From: an uncultured Gammaproteobacteria bacterium
GTDB lineage: Bacteria > Patescibacteriota > Microgenomatia > Curtissbacterales > GWA2-41-24
DNA length: 64,000 bases
NCBI GenBank assembly: GCA_964492425.1
Contig: CAZBKB010000005.1
Span: 12,468-76,467, forward strand
Reading direction: 5' to 3'
Positions 48,283 to 58,725 of this stretch are shown in pieces. The notes below the pieces were generated by a model that saw nothing but the letters and a program-made list of their open reading frames with translations, was not told the origin of the DNA and did not search any database. Position 1 is the stretch's first letter; each line of letters begins with the position of its first letter. Made by a program: the position numbers and the translations under genes.

Positions 48283-49482
48283 ATGAACCTAACGCTTTAT
48301 GAAGAAGTAAGAGGTTGGAAAGTTCCTTTTCATAAATCTAAAACAACGTTAGCAAAAAATTACCTTAGACTTCTTTCAAATGTAGAGATTATTGGAGTTG
48401 CTGGTAGTGTTGGCAAAACCATAACGCAAAACACGATCTACTCTGTTCTCTCACAAAAATACCATACGGTGGTGGGAGAAGAGAATCTGGATCCTACATT
48501 TAGAATCCCAAAAACAATTTTACAAACGAAACCGTGGCATAAATATTTAATTTTGGAATATGGTATCGAACACCCTGGAGAAATGGATTATTACACAAGT
48601 CTTGTGACTCCAAAATATGCTGTAGTAACTACAATTTCCGAAGAACATCTAAAATATTTTAAAGATTTGGAAGGAGTTTTCGAAGAAGAGTCAAAAATAG
48701 TCAAAAATTTACCAAAAAATGCCTACGCAATACTTAATGCAGATGACGCTATGACTCATAAACTGGCAACACTGACCAGGGCAACGGTCGTTTGGTATGG
48801 TCAACGTGCTAAACGCGGTGTAAAAATATCTCATTACCAACAAAACCTGCATGGTTCGAAATTTAGAATACATTACGCAGGAAACATTGCGTCGGTCCAT
48901 ACAAAAATAGTAGGTAAACATCAACTAGTGTCTGCTTATGCGGCTGCAACTATAGGTATTCTGTCAGGTTTAACTATAAAACAAATTGCCAAGGGTTTAT
49001 CCCTGGCAACTGCTCCCAATCACAGACTTAATCTTAAAATAACTGAGCATGTAAACATTATCGATGACACTTACAATTCTTCACCTAAAGCAGCCATTGA
49101 GGCAGTTAAAACCTTAACTCAACTTGGCAAAAGTAAAAAGAAAATAGTAGTTCTTGGGACAATGAGAGATTTAGGTAGTCAAACAAAAAGTGCTCATAAA
49201 AAGCTTGGTTTGCAAATATCCAAAACTAGAATAAACTATTTGCTAACCATCGGTAGAGGCGCACACGTTATTTCTCAAAGTGCCAAAAAACAGGGTTTTA
49301 AAGGCAAAATTACAAATGTTAAAAGTACTAGAGAAGCTATAAAGTTTCTCAAACCTATTGTCACAAAAAAGACTGTGGTACTTATCAAAGGGTCAAGACA
49401 CGAACACTTAGAAAGGGTGGTTCTTGGATTGCTTCATAAATCTACAGCAATTGAATGTTATCATTGTGGAAAGCTAAAATAG
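48283..49482 (+). CDS. murF: UDP-MurNAc-pentapeptide synthetase MurF (short form)
   Basis: Mur ligase P-loop IGVAGSVGKTITQ, followed by a VGEENLDPTFRIPKTIL block (MurF GN.NN.IG.P.T.L-like). It is the only Mur ligase not otherwise accounted for in the cluster. Confidence 0.55.
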   Translation: MNLTLYEEVRGWKVPFHKSKTTLAKNYLRLLSNVEIIGVAGSVGKTITQNTIYSVLSQKYHTVVGEENLDPTFRIPKTILQTKPWHKYLILEYGIEHPGEMDYYTSLVTPKYAVVTTISEEHLKYFKDLEGVFEEESKIVKNLPKNAYAILNADDAMTHKLATLTRATVVWYGQRAKRGVKISHYQQNLHGSKFRIHYAGNIASVHTKIVGKHQLVSAYAAATIGILSGLTIKQIAKGLSLATAPNHRLNLKITEHVNIIDDTYNSSPKAAIEAVKTLTQLGKSKKKIVVLGTMRDLGSQTKSAHKKLGLQISKTRINYLLTIGRGAHVISQSAKKQGFKGKITNVKSTREAIKFLKPIVTKKTVVLIKGSRHEHLERVVLGLLHKSTAIECYHCGKLK

Positions 49483-49505
49483 AAATAGTGTTGGGCAAAT
49501 AGTAT

Positions 49506-50540
49506 ATGTTTCAAATTCTTGGATTAATCCTTCTCTCGTTTTTTACAGTAAGCATACTTTCTGTTCCTTTTATTAATTTCCTTTATAAAATAAAATTCCA
49601 AAGACAAAAACAAAAAACTACTGATATATTCGAGGGAAGAACAGTAATATTTGATAAACTCCATGCGCACAAAGCAGGCACACCTGTTGGTGGTGGCGCA
49701 TTAATTATCTTTGTTGTCACCGTCCTGTATTTATTTATTATTTCAACCATGCCTTATTTAGGAATGGCAAGAACAGCTGTTTATCCCTATAGCAAAGAAG
49801 TACAAATCCTACTGTTTACATTCCTTTCATTTGGCGTCCTTGGACTCTATGACGATCTTCGTAAAACATTCGGTTTCAAAAGAGCAAATTTTTGGGGGAT
49901 TCGCGCAAGATTCAAATTTATAGCACAGTGGGTTCTGGCATTTATTATTGCATCTACCCTATATTTTTCCCTTGGTATTGATATTGTCAACGTAAGATTT
50001 TTTGATGTTATGAGTTTAGGTTATTTTTATATCCCATTTGCCGCATTTGTGATTGTCTCATTTACAAACGCCGTAAATATTTCAGATGGCTTGGATGGGC
50101 TGGCATCAGGGCTGCTTTTAATTTGTATCACTGCATTCCTTGTAATATCCGGAGCAATTTTAGACACAACATTATCTGTATTTTTGGGTCTTTGGATAGG
50201 TGCGCTCATTGCCTTTTTATACTTTAATATCTGGCCGGCTCGTATTATTCTTGGTGATGTCGGAGCCCTCTCATTCGGTGCGACTTTAGCTGTTGCCGGC
50301 TTGATTTTGGGAAAACCAATTGCATTAGTTCTGATTGGGGGCATGTTTGTTGTAGAGGTAGCATCATCTGCTGCACAGCTTCTGTCAAAAAAAATTCGCG
50401 GAAAAAAATTATTTGAGGTTGCACCACTACACCTTTTAGTCCAACACAAAGGTTGGGAAGAGCCAAAAATCGTATCCCGTTTCTGGCTGGCGCAATTAAT
50501 TTTAGCAGTGCTGGGTCTTTGGCTATCATTTAAAAAATGA
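49506..50540 (+). CDS. mraY: Phospho-N-acetylmuramoyl-pentapeptide transferase MraY
   Basis: NAVNISDGLDGLASG (NAxNxTDGLDGLA signature) and 10 TM helices. Confidence 0.85.
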   Translation: MFQILGLILLSFFTVSILSVPFINFLYKIKFQRQKQKTTDIFEGRTVIFDKLHAHKAGTPVGGGALIIFVVTVLYLFIISTMPYLGMARTAVYPYSKEVQILLFTFLSFGVLGLYDDLRKTFGFKRANFWGIRARFKFIAQWVLAFIIASTLYFSLGIDIVNVRFFDVMSLGYFYIPFAAFVIVSFTNAVNISDGLDGLASGLLLICITAFLVISGAILDTTLSVFLGLWIGALIAFLYFNIWPARIILGDVGALSFGATLAVAGLILGKPIALVLIGGMFVVEVASSAAQLLSKKIRGKKLFEVAPLHLLVQHKGWEEPKIVSRFWLAQLILAVLGLWLSFKK

Positions 50541-50568
50541 TTTCGGCCTCATTAAATCTAATTTAATA

Positions 50569-51915
50569 ATGACTAGCAGAAAAAAAGTTATTGTTTTAGG
50601 TCTCGGTATCGAAGGTTTATCACTAGTCAAATATTTTTCCAAAAATTACGAAGTATCAGTTTTTGATGAAAAAGTAGAAAGTGATATTGAAAAACAAGCA
50701 ACAGAAGCAGTCAAAGGATATGGTGCTAAGCTTTATTTAGGCAATATAAAAAAGTTACCGAAATTTGATATTATAGCCCGTTCCCCAGCAGTTAGGCCAG
50801 ATTATCCACTGATTTCAAAATTAACAAAAAAAGGGTCTTTATTAACCAGTGCTACAAAAATATTTTTCAACATATGCAAAGGAGAAATAATTGGAGTTAC
50901 AGGCACCAAAGGCAAAGGTACTACCTGTACTCTAATCTATAAGTTGTTAAAAACTCAATACAATAATGTTCATCTTGCGGGCAATATTGGTATCCCCATG
51001 CTGGACATATTGCCTAAAATTAAAAAGTCTTCCAAAGTCGTTTTAGAACTTTCCAGTTTTCAATTAATGGACTTGGGAAAAAGTCCCCACATTGCTGTAG
51101 CTTTAATGGCTACATCAGAGCATTTAAACTGGCACAAAGATCAAAACGAATATTTAAAAGCAAAAAGTAACATTTCAAAGTATCAAAATACAACCGACTA
51201 TGCTGTAATCAATGCCGATTTCCCAAAATCAATAAAGCTCACAAAAGAAACAAAAGCAAAAAAATATTTTTTTTCAACCACAAAAGAAACAAATGGTGTA
51301 TACGTAAAGTCAAATAACATTATATCAGCTATCGGTGAACAAGAGCGAGTCTGTACAGCTACAGAAGTTCTTCTTCCTGGCAGACACAATTTGCAAAACG
51401 TTCTTGCAAGTTGCACTGTTGCAAAAATCTATGGCATAACTAGCAGCAATATACGAAAGGTTTTAAAAAATTTTAAAGGATTGGAACACAGACTGCAGCT
51501 TGTAGCCACAAAAGAAGGTGTAAAGTATTACAACGACTCATTCTCTACAATACCCGAAACAACAATTGCAGCAATGGAAGCATTTAATGGTCCTAAAATT
51601 TTAGTCCTTGGTGGATCCTCAAAAAATTCTGATTTTAGAAAATTAATTAATAAAATCGAAACTACTTCAACAGTAAAAAACATAGTCCTTATAGGAAAGG
51701 AGAGTATCAGGATAAAAGGTTTAATCAAAGATGACCGAACGAGAAAAAAAATAATAACAGGGCTGAATTCAATGGCAGAAGTTGTTACAAAATGTAAAAA
51801 TTTATCAAAATCTGGAGATATCGTATTGCTTTCCCCCGCTTGTGCATCTTTTGATATGTTCAAAAATTATAAAGATCGCGGAAATCAGTTTATAAAAGCA
51901 GTCAACCTATTATGA
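50569..51915 (+). CDS. murD: UDP-N-acetylmuramoylalanine--D-glutamate ligase MurD
   Basis: IGVTGTKGKGTTCTLI P-loop and GNIGIPMLD (MurD GN.G.P). 448 aa. Confidence 0.8.
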   Translation: MTSRKKVIVLGLGIEGLSLVKYFSKNYEVSVFDEKVESDIEKQATEAVKGYGAKLYLGNIKKLPKFDIIARSPAVRPDYPLISKLTKKGSLLTSATKIFFNICKGEIIGVTGTKGKGTTCTLIYKLLKTQYNNVHLAGNIGIPMLDILPKIKKSSKVVLELSSFQLMDLGKSPHIAVALMATSEHLNWHKDQNEYLKAKSNISKYQNTTDYAVINADFPKSIKLTKETKAKKYFFSTTKETNGVYVKSNNIISAIGEQERVCTATEVLLPGRHNLQNVLASCTVAKIYGITSSNIRKVLKNFKGLEHRLQLVATKEGVKYYNDSFSTIPETTIAAMEAFNGPKILVLGGSSKNSDFRKLINKIETTSTVKNIVLIGKESIRIKGLIKDDRTRKKIITGLNSMAEVVTKCKNLSKSGDIVLLSPACASFDMFKNYKDRGNQFIKAVNLL

Positions 51916-53033
51916 GAGTTGATCAAGGAAGGTTACGGCTAAAATCGCAGCGCAAACAGTTAGACATGCCGCTTGTCATTTCAACTGCCGCACTTATTTT
52001 AATTGGTTTAATAATAATATATGACGCTTCTGTGGTTGCAGCTTACCGTGATTTTAACGATAAATTCCATTTTTTTGCTAACCAACTAATATGGGCAATG
52101 GTCGGTACTTTTTCATTAATTTTCTTCACTTTTTTCGATTACAAAAAAATTATAAAGATTGCACCTTATATATTCTTGGCAAGTTTCATATTATTGCTTC
52201 TTGTACTCGTACCATTTATAGGTACAGAAGTTTTGGGGGCAAGGCGTTGGATAAATATAGGTACTTTTACTTTTCAGCCATCGGAATTTGCCAAACTTGC
52301 TGTTGTTTTTTATGCAACTTATATAATTTCAAAATTTGAAAATTTCAAAATGCGCTTAAAGGATACTTTAATTGTTTATTTTTTACCAATATTTTTTGTT
52401 ATGTTGTCAGTTGTTATTCAACCGGATTTAGGCACGGCACTTATTTTTTTTGGCGTTGCTGCCATAATATATTTTACAGCCGGAGCTCCCATCATTCACT
52501 TTTTACTTACGGCACCCTTTTTAGTGCTGGCAGTCATAGGTGCAATAATTACTCACCCTTACAGAATAGAACGTATAAAAGCTTTTTTAGACCCAAGCTA
52601 CGATCCACAAGGATCCTCATACCATATTAATCAAATAATCATTGCGCTGAAAACTGGCGGCCTATTTGGAGTAGGTCTAGGTTCATCAAGGAGTAAATTT
52701 GAGTTCATTCCCGAAGTCCATAGCGATGCTATATTTGCAGTTGTAGTCGAAGAAGTAGGTCTAGTTGGTGCACTAATACTTATATCAATATTTATTTTTT
52801 TAATAACAAGAGCAATAAAAATTGCCAGAGAATCATACGATTATGAAAGTAAAGTTTTAGCAAGTGGCATAGTGGCGCTCATTGCCACGCAAACTCTTAT
52901 TAATCTTTCAGCCATAGTTGCCCTAATACCCCTCACGGGCGTTCCCCTCCCTTTTATTTCCTATGGAGGCTCATCTCTTTTTGTGACATTAACTGCCATA
53001 GGTATCTTACTAAATGTAAGGAGACAATCATGA
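51912..53033 (+). CDS. ftsW: Peptidoglycan glycosyltransferase FtsW (SEDS family)
   Basis: 10-TM SEDS architecture. Conserved RWINIGTFTFQPSEFAKL and C-terminal PLTGVPLPFISYGGSSL. Confidence 0.8.
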   Translation: MRVDQGRLRLKSQRKQLDMPLVISTAALILIGLIIIYDASVVAAYRDFNDKFHFFANQLIWAMVGTFSLIFFTFFDYKKIIKIAPYIFLASFILLLLVLVPFIGTEVLGARRWINIGTFTFQPSEFAKLAVVFYATYIISKFENFKMRLKDTLIVYFLPIFFVMLSVVIQPDLGTALIFFGVAAIIYFTAGAPIIHFLLTAPFLVLAVIGAIITHPYRIERIKAFLDPSYDPQGSSYHINQIIIALKTGGLFGVGLGSSRSKFEFIPEVHSDAIFAVVVEEVGLVGALILISIFIFLITRAIKIARESYDYESKVLASGIVALIATQTLINLSAIVALIPLTGVPLPFISYGGSSLFVTLTAIGILLNVRRQS

Positions 53034-54121
53034 AAAAAGTTTTAATCTGCGGCGGTCACCTAACACCTGCGCTAGCAGTTATAGAACAGTTGAAAAGAGA
53101 AAAGATTGAAATAATCTTTATCGGTCGAAAACATTCGATTGAAGGTTCGAAGAATCTCTCAACAGAATTTGTAAAAATTAAAGCTCTAAATATTAAGTTT
53201 TTACCACTTTTAACAGGCAGACTTCAAAGAAAAATCACCACCCATACGTTTATCTCAATCATTAAAATTCCAATAGGTCTGCTTCAAAGTTTTATTTATC
53301 TTCTTCTCAACAAGCCCAATGTGGTTGTTTCTTTTGGGAGCTATCTTTCAACCCCGGTTGTCATTTCTGCATGGCTTCTGGGTATACCATCCATAACCCA
53401 CGAACAAGCAACAAAGATTGGTATCGCCAACAAAATAAATTCTCTCTTTACTCGCGAATTTTACTCTGCTTGGCAGCTGCAAGGATTAGACAGTCGCTCA
53501 GTAATTGGCAACCCTACTAGGCTTTGCATTTATCAAAAATCAGCAAAAAATAAACGTATACAACAATTTCTAAAAACTAATAAAAAAATTCTCTATATTA
53601 CGGGGGGAAATTTAGGCTCTCACTATATTAATAGAATAATTTTTGAAAGCCCAAAGAGGTTAAAAGAATATAAGATTATCCATCAACTTGGTAATGCAAA
53701 TTACAAAGGAGATCACCAGACGGCAGGAAAAATTAATGATTCAAACTATTTTGCCCTTCCTTATATAGAGGACTCGGATATAGGTGCAGTTCTCAACTGC
53801 GCACATATTGTTGTATCAAGGTCTGGCGCCAATACTATCTGGGAACTCGCGCTCCTTAAAAAAGTTTCGCTTTTAATTCCCTTGCCATTTGCAGGTGCAA
53901 AGGAGCAGGAACATAATGCAAAGGTGCTGGAAGAAGCTGGTTCAGCTCTCATAATTCATCAAAAAAATCTAACACTCCAGACCTTGGAATCTGGCCTAAA
54001 AGAGATTAGTGCCAATTATGCAAAATACACAAAGAACGCGCACAATTTTTCTGGCAAGCTTAAAAAAGACGCAGCAACTGTTCTTAAAAATCATATTCTT
54101 AAATATCTGAAAAATGCTTAA
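53030..54121 (+). CDS. murG: UDP-GlcNAc--undecaprenyl-PP-MurNAc-pentapeptide GlcNAc transferase MurG
   Basis: ICGGHLTPALAV (G-loop 1), GG(N)LGS and the C-terminal SRSGANTIWELALL region. Confidence 0.8.
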   Translation: MKKVLICGGHLTPALAVIEQLKREKIEIIFIGRKHSIEGSKNLSTEFVKIKALNIKFLPLLTGRLQRKITTHTFISIIKIPIGLLQSFIYLLLNKPNVVVSFGSYLSTPVVISAWLLGIPSITHEQATKIGIANKINSLFTREFYSAWQLQGLDSRSVIGNPTRLCIYQKSAKNKRIQQFLKTNKKILYITGGNLGSHYINRIIFESPKRLKEYKIIHQLGNANYKGDHQTAGKINDSNYFALPYIEDSDIGAVLNCAHIVVSRSGANTIWELALLKKVSLLIPLPFAGAKEQEHNAKVLEEAGSALIIHQKNLTLQTLESGLKEISANYAKYTKNAHNFSGKLKKDAATVLKNHILKYLKNA

Positions 54122-54800
54122 AAAAGTCTTTTTTTTAACCCTCGTCTTAATCCCACTCACATTAGGTTTGTATGTACTCAAAAGCTTTACAAAACTAAAA
54201 ACGCTCGAAATTAAAGGTGGAAATACTTGTATAAACCAATCAGAAGTTTATAAAAAAAATAAAATTCTCAATCAGAACCTATTCATATTGTCAGAGGAGC
54301 TACTTGAGGAGAAAATAAAAGAGGAATTTCCTTGCACGACAGCTGTAAAAGTTACAAAAGACTTTCCTTCCACCATAATTGTTAATGTGCAAACTTCCGA
54401 GGTTATAGTTGAGATATCAGACAAGCCCTTCAGTCTCACAAGTGAAGGTTTAGTTACTAAAAGCCAAAGTGGCAATAACCTCCCAAAACTTTTTTTGCCA
54501 CAAGAGGTAACTGTCGAAGAAAATAAGAAAATCGGAAGCGAAAAAGTCCTATTCGCCTTAAGGCTTCTAAAAGGTCTTTTAAAATCGGATTTTACTCCGA
54601 CCCAAGTAAGATTTATAGACGACATAGATATTATTGTCTATAGCCAGACAGAAGCCAAAGCAATTTTTACAACGACCAAAGACCCCAATGTTCAGGTTGA
54701 CTCTTTACAGTCTGTCTTGGCAAAAGCTAAAATAGATGCGTCAAAAATCTCACAAATTGATCTGCGCTTTAATAAGCCCGTGATTACTTACAATAAATAA
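54114..54800 (+). CDS. ftsQ: Cell division protein FtsQ/DivIB-like (POTRA)
   Basis: Single N-terminal TM, then a POTRA-like segment LKTLEIKGGN. It lies between murG and ftsA. Confidence 0.5.
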   Translation: MLKKVFFLTLVLIPLTLGLYVLKSFTKLKTLEIKGGNTCINQSEVYKKNKILNQNLFILSEELLEEKIKEEFPCTTAVKVTKDFPSTIIVNVQTSEVIVEISDKPFSLTSEGLVTKSQSGNNLPKLFLPQEVTVEENKKIGSEKVLFALRLLKGLLKSDFTPTQVRFIDDIDIIVYSQTEAKAIFTTTKDPNVQVDSLQSVLAKAKIDASKISQIDLRFNKPVITYNK

Positions 54801-56077
54801 TGTCTAAAGATAAAGTAATAGTTGGCATAGATGTTGGCTCCACGAAAATTACGACCATTATCGCATCTATCCAAGAAGATGAAACTCCAAATATCATCGG
54901 TGTATCTTCCTCTTCCGCTGGGGGTCTGAGAAAAGGTCAAGTTGTAGATATCGATGAAGCAGTAGCTAGCATAACGCAGTCGCTCGAAAGTGCAGAAAGG
55001 ATGGCAGGTTACTCAGCAGGCTCAGCTTTTGTTTCGGTTGACGGTGTACACATAGAATCACAAAACTCCAAAGGAGTTGTAGCAATTTCGAATCCCCAAG
55101 GGGAAATATCAGCAGAAGACATTACTCGTGTAATTGAAGCAGCGCGTGCAATTTCACTACCGTCTTCAAAAGAAATATTACATGTTATCCCAAGGTATTT
55201 TATTGTTGATTCCCAAAGCGGCATTAAAGACCCAATTGGCATGAACGGCGTGCGCTTGGAAGTAGAAACACACATTGTCACTGGCGCTACAACTGCTCTC
55301 AGAAACATAGCCAAATGCGTTTCTCAAGTAGGCGTAAATGTGGAAGGTATGGTTTTTTCGGGACTGGCTTCATCGTATTCGGTTCTGTCAGACACGGAAC
55401 GTGAACTTGGAGTTGTGTTGGTGGATTTTGGTGGAGGCACAACTGATGTTGCCATATTCATAGACGGTGCACCTGCACATTGCGCTGCTCTGCCAGTAGG
55501 AGCCAGAAATGTCACCAATGATTTGGCAATAGGTCTCAGGATCTCACTCGAAAGTGCAGAAAAGATTAAACTGGCGCTTTCCAAACCTCCCAGAACAGCA
55601 GTAGAACCAGATGAAAACGGTAAGGCTCATGATAAAAAAGAGTCAGATAGCCTGGATATTTCCGGACTTTCAATAGAAGAAGACCTGAAGTTAGTTTCCA
55701 AAAAAACATTAACAGACGGTATTATCAAACCAAGACTTCGAGAAATTATCAACATGGTGAAATTGGAATTACAAAAATCTGGTTACGCAGGACTTACCCC
55801 CTCCGGAGTAGTTTTAACAGGTGGTGGAGCGCAGACCGCTAACTTTGTGGAAATTGCCAGACAAGAGCTTGGCATGCCGGTACGCCTTGGTGTCCCGCAA
55901 GGGGCCAAAGGCCTGATAGACGAGATATCTACACCAGCCTATGCTGCCGGCTTAGGGCTTATTATTTACGGATCAAGTTTCAGCCAGGAAAATGTACGTT
56001 TGCCACTTGTTGGTAGAATAGAAATTAAAGGTGTTATGGCCAAAGGCATAAGTCTTATAAAATCACTTCTCCCATGA
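54800..56077 (+). CDS. ftsA: Cell division protein FtsA
   Basis: Actin-fold phosphate-1 motif VGIDVGSTKITT, followed by VVDFGGGTTDVAIF and GVVLTGGGA. Confidence 0.85.
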   Translation: MSKDKVIVGIDVGSTKITTIIASIQEDETPNIIGVSSSSAGGLRKGQVVDIDEAVASITQSLESAERMAGYSAGSAFVSVDGVHIESQNSKGVVAISNPQGEISAEDITRVIEAARAISLPSSKEILHVIPRYFIVDSQSGIKDPIGMNGVRLEVETHIVTGATTALRNIAKCVSQVGVNVEGMVFSGLASSYSVLSDTERELGVVLVDFGGGTTDVAIFIDGAPAHCAALPVGARNVTNDLAIGLRISLESAEKIKLALSKPPRTAVEPDENGKAHDKKESDSLDISGLSIEEDLKLVSKKTLTDGIIKPRLREIINMVKLELQKSGYAGLTPSGVVLTGGGAQTANFVEIARQELGMPVRLGVPQGAKGLIDEISTPAYAAGLGLIIYGSSFSQENVRLPLVGRIEIKGVMAKGISLIKSLLP

Positions 56078-56148
56078 GCTAAAACTCTTGCAAATAAACA
56101 GCCCCTGTGTTAAATTGTGCAGGCTTTTAGCACTAACTTCATGATTCC

Positions 56149-57252
56149 ATGTTAATTAAACCCGATGTCAACAGATTCGCAAAAATAAAAGTGCTTGGAA
56201 TCGGCGGCGGTGGAACAAATGCCCTAAATTCCATGATTACTCAATCACAAATTCAAGGTGTAGATTTCGTCGCTATCAACACTGATCAACAGCATTTACT
56301 TGCATGTCACGCTCAGACAAAAGTGCAGATAGGTGATGGCTTAACCAAAGGCCTAGGTGCTGGTGCGAATCCAGAATTAGGTAAGAAGGCGGCCGAAGAG
56401 TCCCTTGAGCGAATAAAAGATGTTGTAACCGGAGCTGACATGGTTTTTTTAACATATGGTTCCGGTGGTGGAACAGGTACCGGAGCTGGCCCGGTAATTG
56501 CCGAAATGGCAAAAAAACTTGGTATTCTTACAGTTGCAGTAGTTACCAAACCATTTGGTTTCGAAGGCACAAGAAGAATGATAGTCGCAGACGAAGGTAT
56601 AGATGCACTCAGAGACAAGGTCGATACTCTTATCGTAATCCCCAACCAAAAACTTTTGGAAGTTGTTGACAAAAATGTGTCGCTTCTCGAAGCATTCAAG
56701 CTTGCAGATTCAGTACTTTCACAAGGAGTACAGGGAATCTCCGATATTATAGTAATGCCTGGTTTAATCAACGTAGATTTTGCAGATGTTAAGGCGATCA
56801 TGATCAATGCCGGTTCGACTTTAATGGGCGTCGGCACGGCATCCGGTGAAAACAGGGCAGCGGCAGCGGCTAGATCGGCTATCGCATCACCACTTCTTGA
56901 TGCATCAATAGATGGTGCCAGAGGAGTACTTTTTAATATCACTGGCGGATCAGACATGACCATGAGTGAAGTTGATGAAGCAGCCAAAGTTATCACGACC
57001 CAGGCAGACCCGGATGCGCAGATAATTTTTGGTGCAGCAATAGACGAAAAGTTAATTGACCAGGTTAAGGTAACAGTTGTGGCAACAGGTTTCGACGAAA
57101 CTAGGAGAAAGTATGTACAGATTACACCTCCAGACCTTTCGATGATGCCACAAAGTCAACAATCAGACGACCAAATCGATAAGTCGCCTACTAACGGCCA
57201 GATAGATGATGACGAATTCGACGTTCCCACATTCCTGCGTCAGATAAGATAA
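56149..57252 (+). CDS. ftsZ: Cell division GTPase FtsZ
   Basis: [15 protein letters not shown] and the tubulin signature [12 protein letters not shown]. The C-terminal tail ends [14 protein letters not shown]. Confidence 0.9.
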   Translation: MLIKPDVNRFAKIKVLGIGGGGTNALNSMITQSQIQGVDFVAINTDQQHLLACHAQTKVQIGDGLTKGLGAGANPELGKKAAEESLERIKDVVTGADMVFLTYGSGGGTGTGAGPVIAEMAKKLGILTVAVVTKPFGFEGTRRMIVADEGIDALRDKVDTLIVIPNQKLLEVVDKNVSLLEAFKLADSVLSQGVQGISDIIVMPGLINVDFADVKAIMINAGSTLMGVGTASGENRAAAAARSAIASPLLDASIDGARGVLFNITGGSDMTMSEVDEAAKVITTQADPDAQIIFGAAIDEKLIDQVKVTVVATGFDETRRKYVQITPPDLSMMPQSQQSDDQIDKSPTNGQIDDDEFDVPTFLRQIR

Positions 57253-57421
57253 CTTCTGTTTAAGTTTCCAAAGTAAGTAAAAGACTGAAGGGTGCTAACA
57301 ATATATAGCACGATTCCCTTGTCATAACAGGCAATAGGGGAGTTTGGTACTTGCGGAACTCGTTGTTCCAATAGGCTAATCGCTTGAATTAAGAGAAGAA
57401 AATTGCTAGAATAATAGCTAC

Positions 57422-58561
57422 ATTCCTCGCAAGAATCCTTCTCAGCCGCAAGTTGCTCCCCGAAAGGGAGCATGCATATTTCAGAAAAGGACTTCAAGTC
57501 TTTTATAACTGTAAAACAGAACTTGGCACCACAATCCGTGAGGCATTGTTTAAGTCGTCTCGGCATCATCAACAGGTGGTTTGCAGACAAAGACCTGAAC
57601 AAAGACAATGTCGAGAAGTTTTATATGGAGCTTAAAGCCAAAGGCTTAAAAAATAATTCTCTCAATACTTATCACACAACATTCAGTCAGATTAGAAATT
57701 ACTGCCTAGATAGAGGGCTTCCAGCCGATTTCTATAGCGGCTTTAAGGCATACAAGAAGACAAAACCGGACATACTTGTTTTTACCCCAGAAGAAATTGA
57801 AAAAATAATAAGCACAGAACTTACTTACGGAAAGTTTTACGGCAAAGATGTTTCTTTCTTAAACTTCAGGTACAGAACGCTCACTATGTTTCTTGCATAT
57901 ACAGGTTGCAGATATTCAGAAGCAGCAGACCTCCAGATAAAGCGGCTAGATTTGTCTGCTGGAAGGGCCATTTTTATAAATACTAAAACAAACGAAAATA
58001 GGCCTGCCTATATAACTGAACCGCTTAAATCAAATCTTATGCAACTAGTAGATGGTAGAACTCCAGATGAATTTGTTTTCAGAAACGCAGTCGAAAAGCA
58101 CATTCATGTCTCTGACTATAGTGCAGACCTGAAAAGGCGTGCTAGGACTGCTGGTGTTACCAAAAGAACATTTCCACATAACTTCAGGCACACTTATATA
58201 ACACTTATGCTCGAGGCGGAAGTGCCAATAACAGAAGTGGCATCACTTGTTGGTCACAAGGACATCCAAACCACATACGATACATATATGCATCTCGCGG
58301 ATAGGACTTTGCAGAAAGCTGCCATGAGGCACCCGCTAGTTAGGAGAAATGTAAACCCAGCAGAAATAGTAAAAACTGTCAAAGAAACCCTTGAAAGTCT
58401 TCACCTAGAGAACGACGCAAGGTTTACCTTCAGCCTTTCAGAAACATCGAACGGATTGCAGTTTTCTCTTCAAACAAAGAACGAATAGGGGACTGAATCA
58501 GTTATAATTCAATCCCCTTTCTCAGCTCGCAAGCTACTCCGCCTGAATTCCTCGCAAGAAT
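57422..58561 (+). mobile_element. Integrase module bounded by a perfect 15-bp direct repeat (attcctcgcaagaat)
   Basis: The direct repeat lies at 57422-57436 and 58547-58561. Adjacent imperfect repeats ccttctcagccgcaagttgctcc (57437-57459) and ctttctcagctcgcaagctactcc (58517-58540) are arranged in swapped order. The module lies immediately after ftsZ at the start of a defense island. Confidence 0.4.
57472..58488 (+). CDS. Tyrosine site-specific recombinase/integrase (phage integrase family)
   Basis: N-terminal SAM-like core-binding domain. The catalytic domain has R (TGCRYSE), HNFRHTYIT, VGHKDIQTTYDTYMH (H-x-x-R ... Y). Higher G+C than its surroundings. Confidence 0.8.
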   Translation: MHISEKDFKSFITVKQNLAPQSVRHCLSRLGIINRWFADKDLNKDNVEKFYMELKAKGLKNNSLNTYHTTFSQIRNYCLDRGLPADFYSGFKAYKKTKPDILVFTPEEIEKIISTELTYGKFYGKDVSFLNFRYRTLTMFLAYTGCRYSEAADLQIKRLDLSAGRAIFINTKTNENRPAYITEPLKSNLMQLVDGRTPDEFVFRNAVEKHIHVSDYSADLKRRARTAGVTKRTFPHNFRHTYITLMLEAEVPITEVASLVGHKDIQTTYDTYMHLADRTLQKAAMRHPLVRRNVNPAEIVKTVKETLESLHLENDARFTFSLSETSNGLQFSLQTKNE

Positions 58562-58725
58562 TAATTGGGTAGCTTTTCCTGTTCTATTAACAACTCCAAG
58601 GCCCGTTCGGTAAATGTTTTAAGCGTCTCTCGCTTTTTTACTGCCTCAAGTTTGGCAACCTGATGCAGTTCTTTGTCTATTCTTATTTGCTTGGTTTGTT
58701 TTATGTCGATTTGTCGATTGTTCAT
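58561..58725 (-). CDS. Ribbon-helix-helix (CopG/antitoxin-like) small protein
   Basis: The start was chosen at ATG (plus 58725) giving 54 aa: MNNRQIDIKQTKQIRIDKELHQVAKLEAVKKRETLKTFTERALELLIEQE (beta-alpha-alpha RHH pattern). The longer 104-aa ORF to 58875 runs through a GC-rich non-coding-looking stretch. Confidence 0.35.
   Translation of the reverse strand: MNNRQIDIKQTKQIRIDKELHQVAKLEAVKKRETLKTFTERALELLIEQEKLPN

Noticed and set aside
56313-56996. 227-aa minus-strand ORF
   Set aside because: Antisense to ftsZ, with low-complexity A/S/P-rich translation. Spurious.
57453-57635. 60-aa plus-strand ORF overlapping the integrase start
   Set aside because: It lies in a different frame within the integrase gene and has no support.
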